DNA of 64,000 nt, taken from positions 15,624,001 through 15,688,000 of the forward strand of contig OZ059894.1 of NCBI GenBank assembly GCA_964057225.1. Direction: 5' to 3'. Of this stretch, positions 28,110-39,900 are shown piece after piece. The translations under genes were made by a program, and so were the position numbers. Every line of letters begins with the position of its first letter. Position 1 is the first letter of the stretch. Under the pieces are notes generated by a model. That model worked only from the letters and a program-made list of their open reading frames with translations, was not told the DNA's origin and made no database searches. The DNA comes from Auanema rhodensis. Lineage: Eukaryota > Animalia > Nematoda.

Positions 28110-31100
28110 CTATGTTTGTTGGAAATAATACTCGTTAGCTTCTGCTGGAAGTTTCCAGCCACTGGCTCCAAGTTCTAAAAGCAGAAGGATCATTTTTCGT
28201 GCCCATGGTTCTGATACGGTGATGAAAGCATCTCTGAAATTGAGAAAAGAAGTTATAAACTTGATTGTATTATTGTTATACCTTATTAAATCCTTGAGAA
28301 GAGCAAGCTGATCTGGACATTCACGTTCAAGATCATAACCCACTGATAATAATGTTGATATCAAACATTCCAACTATAAAATATTATGTTTAAGATTCTA
28401 TACTATATGTAAATACAAACTTCTTCAATCTTTAATGTATCCAGGATGGGACTGCGGAGCAAGTAGTCAAACACTTGAAAAACGCTGTTCACAAGTTCGC
28501 CTTCAAATAAAAAAAATGAAAAATGAGTTGTTTTGAAAGTAACTTTTAAAGCAAAAACATGAAAGTTGAAACTTACCATCTACAGCTCCAATATTAGCAT
28601 ATAAATCTGAGACAAAAGTTAAGAATGAAATCCACATTCGGAAATGATCTGTTCTCAATTTGTCTCGGCATTCCAAATATTGTGAAATTGATGTAAGTAA
28701 ACCCTGTAAAAAAAAATTTTAGATATTCAATAAATATTTTAAATAGTTTCTCACTTTTGCTAAGCCTTTAACTGATGCTGACTCCTTCAGAGAGCCACAG
28801 ATCTTTGCAACTCCACGTCCTCCACCACCTTCGATAGCATGCTGACACAGGGATGAACCAACAACTTCTGCTAGCTCTTCTGACTGATATCCACCTTCAA
28901 ATACATTTTTTATTGAAAAAGAATACCAAATAAAACTTGAAACTCACTTTCAATCCATTTCTCTAGCTCTGAAGCATTACTGACAATCTGAAGCTGTCGA
29001 AGTAATTTAGCTATTTCTCCCATTTCTTTATCTGATAAACTCTTTTTCTAAAATATAAAATTATAATATTTTTACCTTATAAACAAGTGAACCTTTGTTT
29101 CTTTCTTTGGTGGGGTGGACTGTTTAATCTTTTTCTCAGCGTTTTTTTCTGAGAATTCCTTGACAATACCTGCAGATTTAGGTAAGGTGGATCCTCGTGT
29201 AGGTCCAGTTGATCCAAAAGATTTCTGCAACAAATAATTTACTATTATAAAGTTTAACTATATAATATAGTTAAAATAAAATATTTTACAAAACATTTAT
29301 TGAGTGGAAAGCATGTGAATAGTGTAATAACTGCGAAAAACTCGTTGTTTTACCTGGGACACAGCACTCTCGGAGCTTAGTGAACTTTCTGTTCGATTCA
29401 GTCGTCGCTCTTCATTTGATGATCGCGAACTAGCGCGAGAATTCTGCTGTGGCAGTGGGTCTACATGTGCTGTACCATTACGAACATTATTATTTTCTAC
29501 AACCATTCATATAATTAGAAAATAGTTAATATATATTTTACCTTCTTTTATATTTGAATTGGTATTACATTGAAGTGGCTTTGAACCGGCCTCCTTTGTC
29601 GGTTTAGTTGTCGTCGTTGTCGTTGGATGAGATCCTCCATTTGAGGATACGGTAGATGTTTCGTCACCACCTGATCTGAGACCTATAAAAGAAAAATTAG
29701 AAAAAAATAAAAATCCTGGATATATAGGCTTTGAAAGATTATTTTTTTATTTATTTCACGAGGTTTTCCAGCTATTCACAGCGATGTTGTACAGAAAAAA
29801 GTAAATACTGGATGATAATGTATACAGAGTCGTCCAAAAAATTAGTTAAATTCTCGTTTTTTTTTCTTTTAAACTATTTTAATCTATTAGCTTTTAGTGG
29901 TCAGAACAAGCCAAATATAAGACAAAGTCAATATTCAAGTTTCCATTTTCGCTGATTGTTTGTTATTCTACCTAAATCAGTCAAGAAGCTCTTGTCGGAA
30001 GCTTGTTGTAAAATAGAAGAACAAAGGCTTTCCAAGAAGTGTTTAAGTATAAATTTCATCATATAATTATACTAATTAAAATTTTAAAATATAAAATTAA
30101 CGATTATATTAACACTTACCGGTCATAATAATAATAATATAAGATAGAATAATATGGTTTTAGAAGAACAAGAATTTAAGAAAAACACTTGAAAAAAAAC
30201 TAAAATCTATTCTTTAGTTTGATAGAAAATAACATTGTAGATAGCTGCATAATAAATTCAAATGATTATTCCAAGAGTATAATCGGATTAAATATATTTC
30301 AAAATATCTGAAGGTATCTGTATCAACTATCAAAAATAAATATATATATATATATATATATACCGTATATACTTAAATAATTAAAAAATAATAATAAATA
30401 ATAGAAATAATGATTATATGTCCAATTTCATTTTCACGTTTGAAATTATTCTAATTATACGTAACGTGAATTTTAATAATTACTCATGTTTCAATCTTAT
30501 TTCAAATAATTTCATTAAATAAGCGGTTGCATTCAATTTGAAGAAATTACAGTTAAAATTGTTTTATACAAACTAATTATATATAAAAATTGTAAAATAA
30601 TTAAAATAAATTAAAATTATGACATACCGGGCGGTCGATAAATCTGCATCGCTGGTCGAGTAGTGGGCTTCTTGTTTGTGTGTTGTCGTAAGGTCTTCTC
30701 AGGGTCTTCTTGATGGGCTACGCACTATAATGTAATCTGATTAAATTATAATAATATTATGTGATTCTTAAATATAAATAAATAATTACATATTTCATCA
30801 TTTTTTTTGTAAATATTATGACTTATGAAGGTATTTATACAATAACTATTATACTATATTATTATCTATTATATATTTTTTAATATAAAAATTGGTTTAA
30901 AGTCTTAAAATCCAAACGAATATACTTTTTTTGAAGCAAATCAATCAAATTTGCGACTAAACGATGGAGAGTTTTGAAGCTAAGAATAATAGCTACAACT
31001 TCTAGGAACAGCTGAGATTTCTTCAAAATCTTTGAGAAGAAAAAGATAGAAAACGTATCACCTTACATATCTATATGTCTAACCCTTTTACTATATGTTT

Positions 31101-31334
31101 CTATATACACATTTAGTATTATATTCAATATACTATATGTTTATAAGAAACAAAGTAAAAAATAAAATAAAATTGTTTGTTTATTGATTGAGTGATAAGC
31201 TAAAAGAAAATAGTTTTTTACGTTTTCAAGAGTCTTTACTCTTCAATTGTTTATTTTTTTAAATTAAAAAACAAAAAAATAACCAAAATCTTAATGATTC
31301 TTGTTGGATTTACCTGTGACATTTCGACCTGCAT
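28110..31334 (-). CDS. MIF4G-domain protein of the CTIF/MIF4GD(SLIP1)/PAIP1 type with a disordered N-terminus
   Basis: C-terminal exons ECLISTLLSVGYDLERECPDQLALLKDLIR/DAFI...ILLLLELGASGWKLPAEANEYY resemble the end of the MIF4GD/CTIF MIF4G domain. Upstream exons are Ser/Thr-rich. Putative start MQVEMSQ at 31334. Confidence 0.75.
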
Positions 31335-34300
31335 TTCAGATGTCTTATTGTCGTTGTCTTATAAAGAATCTTTCTGTGATGGAACAGAAAATGATTTTAT
31401 TTTTTTTGGACAGACAGAGCTACCTTTGCGAGCCAGACCTCCACACACTAGCCCTGAAATAGTATTGAAAATTCAAATGTTCATATCTGTATGTATAGAG
31501 CGATTTTTCTGTTTTGAAAGTCACTTTTGAAAGAAAAAAAACAGAAAATTGAAATATGAAAATGAAGATGATTCTACCTGCCAAATAACGGCAAATGAAT
31601 ATATGCTTCGATTATATAAATATATAAATTTATATTTATTATAATAATAAAAATAATTTAGAACAAAGTATGAACATCAGAAAATGATGTTGAAATGATA
31701 TCTGACGTGAATATTCTTGAGGATGATGAGTGGATGAAGATCTCGATGAGGTTATAGCAAGCAATATGGTCAGAGGCAATGGAACGTTTGAAAGGGGGGG
31801 GGGGAGAATTTTATAAACCGTAACAGCGTTTTGATAACTGTCTTTCAATCAATATCATATGCTGAAAACTAACAAAAAGAAGAAAAATGTGATGAAAAGA
31901 GAGAGATAGAAAAGGTTGAGAGGGAAAAATATTCAGATTGATAGAGAAAGAGAGAGAAAAAACATACACAAAGAGTTGGAGAGAAGGGAAAGAAAGGAAA
32001 ACTGTGTGTATGCACATACATATGTGTTCGTGTTATGATGAATGTATGATTAGTTGATGATAGTAATGCCATTGTCAATAAGAAGCTTTTGTACCGACGA
32101 TGATGACGATAAAGTCTTGTCGAAGTACGAGAGACTTTCGTCTGTCGTCATTGGACATTATTATAGTGTTAGTAGGAAATAAGTGTTTCTAAATGATATA
32201 ATCAGCAAAATCAATACAGTTATTCAAAAAAAATGTTTTTTTCTCTAATTCACAAATATTTTTTCAGTTTTCGCATAAGTAGAATGAGGATAGATGTATA
32301 TTTGGCAGCAGTAGGTCTTGGGAAAATTCTTTTTAACATTAAAGAAACTGATAAAGGTCTAACAAGAAATGAAAGAAACTGGAAAAATTGTCTTTTTGAA
32401 GTTCAAAATGATGAGAAAGAAAAAGCAAAAAAACAACAAAAAAAAGGAAAAGAACGACAAGGAGGGATGATGTCCGCAACAGCCACACGATGTCGACAAC
32501 GTCGATTGAAGAAGAATCTGGCGGGGGGCTATTGATAGAGTAGAGAGAGGACGAAATATCGATAATTGAACCGACAGATGAGCTAGAAAACAGAAAGTAA
32601 ATGATGGATGAAACAAACAAATAGCTGTCAGAATAATTGAAAATTGAGCTAAGAATTAGTATACGTATAGAAGAAATGTCCAAAATGTAATGAAATGGAT
32701 AAGAGATGAGGTGAAAAAGTAAAATGAAAGTTGAATTGAAATTAATAATGAAAAGCTTTGATAGAAAAAATAACTTTTATCTCACATTAGAGATCTTTGA
32801 GATCTAGATGATATTTGAAAAATATCTGATAGTCAATATTCGAATAATATTACGGTTAATCATATGGAAATAAGGTGAAATAAGATTAAGAGATACAATA
32901 CAATTTATACAATGATTAATGGTATAATCTTAAAAAATAGCAGATTGAAACTATTTTTATCGAAAAATTTGGTGATATAATAATAAAAAAAACTGAAACG
33001 AATAATTTAAAATTGACGGATTTGAAAAGATAAAAAGATGAATCAAACATGAGAGATGATGTTCGACAGATAATATTTCAAAAATCAAACAAGACAAGCA
33101 AGATGTTGAAATGGAAAATGAAAAGAAAATACAGAGAGAGGGTGAGAGAATGTGAGAAAGAGAGAGAGAGAGAAAGAAAGAGAAAGGAGAAGGTAAAGCT
33201 GGTACGACGGAATCATGTGAAGAGATGATGATGATGATGAGAAGGCGAGAGCAAAAAGACATAAGAATTATGCGATTTAAGGAGTAAAGACTAAATAAAC
33301 ACACATATACACACACATCTGTTAGTGATTTTCTAATTTTAATTAGAATCAAGTAAACTTAAACTATTCCGAAGCTGTTACAACAATGTTGTAAGCTAAT
33401 ATACAATAAGTTATCTAATGTATTATGATGTTGATTTCAAATTTTCAAGCTTTTCCGAATAGGAAATTAATTTTTCATCAGTTAGTCTGATTTGCAATCA
33501 TTCTTTTTTTTCATAATCCGCTTAATAGTGATTACACATCAGTTCATTTTATTGTCGGAACTCGTTGTCGTTGTCGTTAACTAGCTCGAATGCTCACACT
33601 TTTCAACATGTGCTTTCTAATTACTTTCTTCAAAAAATCAAAGAGATATATTCAAAATAATGCATTGAAGAAAGAAGGAAATTAATGCGGTAAAGGGTTA
33701 TGTTCGATGCAGATTTTATCATAGTCTTTCGGAGGAAATACAGGCCGAGAGAGAAAAAAATGAAGAGCCGAGAACTGAAGATCACAAGATGTGCTCTACG
33801 TTCGCTTTTTTCGATGTTCTACCAAAATGTTTAGTCATGGGTTAGTCTGTGTTTCAAAACGAACGAGAGAGTAAGGCAAGATGTATTGAGCACAATGACA
33901 AAGCAAGGAAGTGAGATATGATGAAGTGGATGACAGTATCGGCATTTTCTGAATGAGGACTTTGAAAAGAGCAGAATGTTGTTACATCAACATTTGATGT
34001 TTTCAGAATCTCAGCACGATTTTTAACCGCCACTTGACAGAGGAAGCCTGTAATTCATGGACAATGTGAAAAGAGATCTAGCTTTATTCCCCCCCCCCCC
34101 TCAACATGAATAATATAGCTGAGATTGGTAAAATATTCAAGTGAGGCTTCAAAACATAAACGATATTGATAAGAAACTAAAGTATAAAGAATATGCATGA
34201 GGTTCTTTAACAATTAAACAATATTTATTATAAAAATAAGTAAATCATTTGATGTGGCCGTTAAACAAAAGAAATAAAATAATTTTAAGATCTAAAGACA

Positions 34301-35070
34301 CTCAATTCCTTCAAAATCTTCAAATATATCATTTGTAAGCAATCGAGCTCTGTTGTTAATTAGAAAGAAACGGAGAATTCAAGGAGATAGTATATGAAAT
34401 AATGAAGTTGAAAGAGAAAGACAATGAGAGATCAGGACAGGCGCAAGAGTTAGAAGAGAATGAGATGTTGAGGTAAGAGATAGTTTACAAGCCAGAGAGA
34501 CATTTCGTATGTGAGGTGTAACACATTGACCACTCGATGGACGTCTTACAATAAGTTCAGCAAAAGCAGTTCAAAGATTGTTTGTACGCATTTTGAGCAA
34601 TTTTATTTAAATATCTGTTAAGTTTTCAAATAAAAAGTTGACAAATTGGGCATTGACGTAAATAAAATGACGTGAAAATAATTTATTTTAGTTTATGATG
34701 TGCGTATATCCGGTTGTATTCTAGATGGGACACTTGTATCAATTTCACATTAACATTCATATTGTGTTGTTGTAAATGTAACAACTTTAAGATATATAAC
34801 TTATGTTGGATTTTGATAAAACAACCAATTTAAATTATATTTATATGTTATAGTGTATAATTCAGTAAATATCTGATGTTTATATAAGTTATAATAGCAT
34901 TATATGAATATCTTTAATACATTTTATATCAAAATTGATTATACTACATGATAAGATAAATGTATCTATATATTATATATGTACATATCAGAATATTCTG
35001 AGATAATACTAAATGATTCAAACTGGATAAACAGATATCTCTCTGTATCTGACATCTGGTACGAAACGTG

Positions 35071-35083
35071 GTTGCTATGCAAC
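35071..35083. promoter_or_regulatory. X-box-like (RFX/DAF-19) palindrome
   Basis: GTTGCTATGCAAC, one base shorter than the canonical 14-bp GTHNYYATRRNAAC, about 470 bp upstream of the SPATA7-like ATG. Confidence 0.35.
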
Positions 35084-35551
35084 GGCTAATGGATTGTATA
35101 TAAACGAGTAGACAAGGAGGTGAAAGCAATAAGCGAAGCTTCCATCTATTGCGGTGTTCCTGAAGCTATTCCTAGATGAATGGAGAATGATATTTAATTT
35201 GAATTTTTATATATTTTGTTTTTCAATATATATATATATAGATAGAAAGATAGATATAGATATGATAATACCAATCTATTGTTTTCCATCTTATATTTTT
35301 TATTTTTTTCTTCAATATTTAAGTGAGAAATGCTATTGAATTAAGAATTATATATTTTTCTATTCTAATATTTTATACTTTTTTTTGTATTTTATTTATA
35401 TATACATACATAAATATTTAATTATAATTATAACGTTTAACAAGTTATGTTCATATCGATTCAATTCTTATATTTATATTTCATATTACCAATATCGATT
35501 TTTTCTTACAACTTATTTTTAGAATATTTATTAAAGTTTGAAATATATTCC

Positions 35552-36706
35552 ATGGTTCTTCGTCCATCAAGTTCGCAATGGAGTATATCACCGGAAACCA
35601 TTATGAGCCATCATTATCGACTGGCCCGTGGAATAAAATCAGTTGTAGATACATCTCCTCCATATTCTATGTATAATAGTCCAATTAGTAAGCTTAATTT
35701 ATTTTATTATATATTAACTAAAAACAAATGTTTTTAAGTTTTAAAATACTTTTTAGGCGTTCATTATATACCCAAACGAGCTTCATCAGCTGATTGTTAT
35801 AAGAGGAATAATCGTAAGGTATTCGAAATGTGGTTATTGGAATAACTATGATTATTTGTATTCAAAGGTTATGAGTCAGCCTGAACGAGATTTGTCAGAC
35901 TTTGTTAATATGAATAAGAAAAGTTTGAAATTAGCTCTTCCACGGACTAATTCGTATAATGAACTGGCTAAACCAAAGTTGCTAGGAAACCGGAATTACC
36001 AACCTCCATTACATAGAAAAAAAGTAAGTAACATCAATAAAGTAATAATGATGAGAAAAATAATTAAGAAACCACCATTACCTCCGATGAGCCATGAAAT
36101 ACCAAAAGAAACTGAACGAGTACCTAGGAAGCCTCGTGAATCAAATGTGTCGAAGCCAACAACAAGAAAAAAGCAATTATCTCCAATGAATGAAAAATAT
36201 TTTTATTTTAAAAATTCAGTGTTTGATGCCATTATAGAGCGACGTGTATACAGTGATAAGTGAGAAATACAAAAAAAATTGAAATTAATAATATAATATT
36301 CCAGAATGATAATAGATACTGTTGAAAATGAGATGAGACAATGGGTTAATAACCTTACATGGGTATGTAATAAAGAAATATGAAAGAAGTTAAATTATAT
36401 ACTTATAGAATGAACTTGAATACCTGAAAGAAGAAATATATGATGATTTGGGAATAAGGAATCCTCCAGTTTCTAATGAAATTCGAAAGATTCAAAGCCA
36501 CAATGATTCATCCAAATCCGAGTCCAAAACTTCATCATATAGATCAGAATCAGATAATAGCAACAATTCTTCCACCACACACTCAGAACAAGAATCAAGG
36601 TTATCTCACAGCACCTGATGTTTTCGAAAACATTTCTTTCAGAACCACTTCTTCTTCCACATCTGAATATTCCGATTCTACCAGTATATCCGAGGAAGAA
36701 CAATGA
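35552..36706 (+). CDS. SPATA7-like protein (multi-exon)
   Basis: N-terminal MSHHYRLARGIKSVVDTSPP and C-terminal FKNSVFDAIIERRVYSDK/MIIDTVENEM.../ELEYLKEEIYDDLGI recall the two conserved blocks of SPATA7. The exon structure is clear; the family call is from memory. Confidence 0.55.
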
Positions 36707-36843
36707 TGCGCACAAATATTTTTAGCTATTTTCAATTCAGAAATGTTGTCTTTCATTTCATTGATAAATATTACCATAATACAACAAAACGAGAAAAAAA
36801 ATCAAAAAATTGATAAATTAGACTTCTGGAATCTATAAAACAA

Positions 36844-36915
36844 TAGCAGCGAGTGGTTTCGATCCACCGACCTCTGGGTTATGGGCCCAGCACGCTTCCA
36901 CTGCGCCACGCTGCT
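36844..36915 (-). tRNA. tRNA-iMet: Initiator tRNA-Met(CAT), first copy of the array (representative of about 75 full-length copies)
   Basis: AGCAGCGTGGCGCAGTGGAAGCGTGCTGGGCCCATAACCCAGAGGTCGGTGGATCGAAACCACTCGCTGCTA. It has an A1:U72 pair, three consecutive G:C pairs in the anticodon stem, a CAT anticodon and an ATCG T-loop (A54, A60), all eukaryotic initiator hallmarks. An oligo-T Pol III terminator follows. Confidence 0.98.
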
Positions 36916-39900
36916 TCGAATGTGGCATACACCGAGGTGTATGATGAATTCTGAATCGGTAAAACCAAAAAATCAAAAAATTGATGAATTAGATTTCGGG
37001 AATCGGTAAAACACTAGCAGCGAGTGGTTTCGATCCACCGACCTCTGGGTTATGGGCCCAGCACGCTTCCACTGCGCCACGCTGCTTCGAATGTTGCATA
37101 CACCGAGGTGTATGATGAATTCTGAATCGGTAAAACCAAAAAATCAAAAAATTGATGAATTAGATTTCTGGAATCGGTAAAACACTAGCAGCGAGTGGTT
37201 TCGATCCACCGACCTCTGGGTTATGGGCCCAGCACGCTTCCACTGCGCCACGCTGCTTCGAATGTGGCATACACCGAGGTGTATGATGAATTCTGAATCG
37301 GTAAAACCAAAAAATCAAAAAATTGATGAATTAGATTTCCGGAATCGGTAAAAAATTAGCAGCGAGTGGTTTCGATCCACCGACCTCTGGGTTATGGGCC
37401 CAGCACGCTTCCACTGCGCCACGCTGCTTCGAATGTGGCATACACCGAGGTGTATGATGAATTCTGAATCGGTAAAACCAAAAAATCAAAAAATTGATGA
37501 ATTAGATTTCTGGAATCGGTAAAACACTAGCAGCGAGTGGTTTCGATCCACCGACCTCTGGGTTATGGGCCCAGCACGCTTTCACTGCGCCACGCTGCTT
37601 CGAATGTTGCATACACCGAGGTGTATGATGAATTCTGAATCGGTAAAACCAAAAAATCAAAAAATTGATGAATTAGATTTCTGGAATCGGTAAAACACTA
37701 GCAGCGAGTGGTTTCGATCCACCGACCTCTGGGTTATGGGCCCAGCACGCTTCCAGTGCGCCACGCTGCTTCGAATGTGGCATACACCGAGGTGTATGAT
37801 GAATTCTGAATCGGTAAAACCAAAAAATCAAAAAATTGATGAATTAGATTTCCGGAATCGGTAAAACACTAGCAGCGAGTGGTTTCGATCCACCGACCTC
37901 TGGGTTATGGGCCCAGCACGCTTCCACTGCGCCACGCTGCTTCGAATGTGGCATACACCGAGGTGTATGATGAATTCTGAATCGGTAAAACCAAAAAATC
38001 AAAAAATTGATGAATTAGATTTCTGGAATCGGTAAAACACTAGCAGCGAGTGGTTTCGATCCACCGACCTCTGGGTTATGGGCCCAGCACGCTTCCACTG
38101 CGCCACGCTGCTTCGAATGTTGCATACACCGAGGTGTATGATGAATTCTGAATCGGTAAAACCAAAAAATCAAAAAATTGATGAATTAGATTTTTGGAAT
38201 CGGTAAAACACTAGCAGCGAGTGGTTTCGATCCACCGACCTCTGGGTTATGGGCCCAGCACGCTTCCACTGCGCCACGCTGCTTCGAATGTGGCATACAC
38301 CGAGGTGTATGATGAATTCTGAATCGGTAAAACCAAAAAATCAAAAAATTGATGAATTAGATTTCTGGAATCGGTAAAACACTAGCAGCGAGTGGTTTCG
38401 ATCCACCGACCTCTGGGTTATGGGCCCAGCACGCTTCCACTGCGCCACGCTGCTTCGAATGTGGCATACACCGAGGTGTATGATGAATTCTGAATCGGTA
38501 AAACCAAAAAATCAAAAAATTGATGAATTAGATTTCTGGAATCGGTAAAACACTAGCAGCGAGTGGTTTCGATCCACCGACCTCTGGGTTATGGGCCCAG
38601 CACGCTTCCACTGCGCCACGCTGCTTCGAATGTGGCATACACCGAGCTGTATGATGAATTCTGAATCGGTAAAACCAAAAAATCAAAAAATTGATGAATT
38701 AGATTTCTGGAATCGGTAAAACACTAGCAGCGAGTGGTTTCGATCCACCGACCTCTGGGTTATGGGCCCAGCACGCTTCCACTGCGCCACGCTGCTTCGA
38801 ATGTGGCATACACCGAGGTGTATGATGAATTCTGAATCGGTAAAACCAAAAAATCAAAAAATTGATGAATTAGATTTCTGGAATCGGTAAAACACTAGCA
38901 GCGAGTGGTTTCGATCCACCGACCTCTGGGTTATGGGCCCAGCACGCTTCCACTGCGCCACGCTGCTTCGAATGTGGCATACACCGAGGTGTATGATGAA
39001 TTCTGAATCGGTAAAACCAAAAAATCAAAAAATTGATGAATTAGATTTCTGGAATCGGTAAAACACTAGCAGCGAGTGGTTTCGATCCACCGACCTCTGG
39101 GTTATGGGCCCAGCACGCTTCCACTGCGCCACGCTGCTTCGAATGTGGCATACACCGAGGTGTATGATGAATTCTGAATCGGTAAAACCAAAAAATCAAA
39201 AAATTGATGAATAAGATTTCTGGAATCGGTAAAACACTAGCAGCGAGTGGTTTCGATCCACCGACCTCTGGGTTATGGGCCCAGCACGCTTCCACTGCGC
39301 CACGCTGCTTCGAATGTGGCATACACCGAGGTGTATGATGAATTCTGAATCGGTAAAACCAAAAAATCAAAAAATTGATGAATTAGATTTCTGGAATCGG
39401 TAAAACACTAGCAGCGAGTGGTTTCGATCCACCGACCTCTGGGTTATGGGCCCAGCACGCTTCCACTGCGCCACGCTGCTTCGAATGTGGCATACACCGA
39501 GGTGTATGATGAATTCTGAATCGGTAAAACCAAAAAATCAAAAAATTGATGAATTAGATTTCTGGAATCGGTAAAACACTAGCAGCGAGTGATTTCGATC
39601 CACCGACCTCTGGGTTATGGGCCCAGCACGCTTCCACTGCGCCACGCTGCTTCGAATGTGGCATACACCGAGGTGTATGATGAATTCTGAATCGGTAAAA
39701 CCAAAAAATCAAAAAATTGATGAATTAGATTTCTGGAATCGGTAAAACACTAGCAGCGAGTGGTTTCGATCCACCGACCTCTGGGTTATGGGCCCAGCAC
39801 GCTTCCACTGCGCCACGCTGCTTCGAATGTGGCATACACCGAGGTGTATGATGAATTCTGAATCGGTAAAACCAAAAAATCAAAAAATTGATGAATTAGA

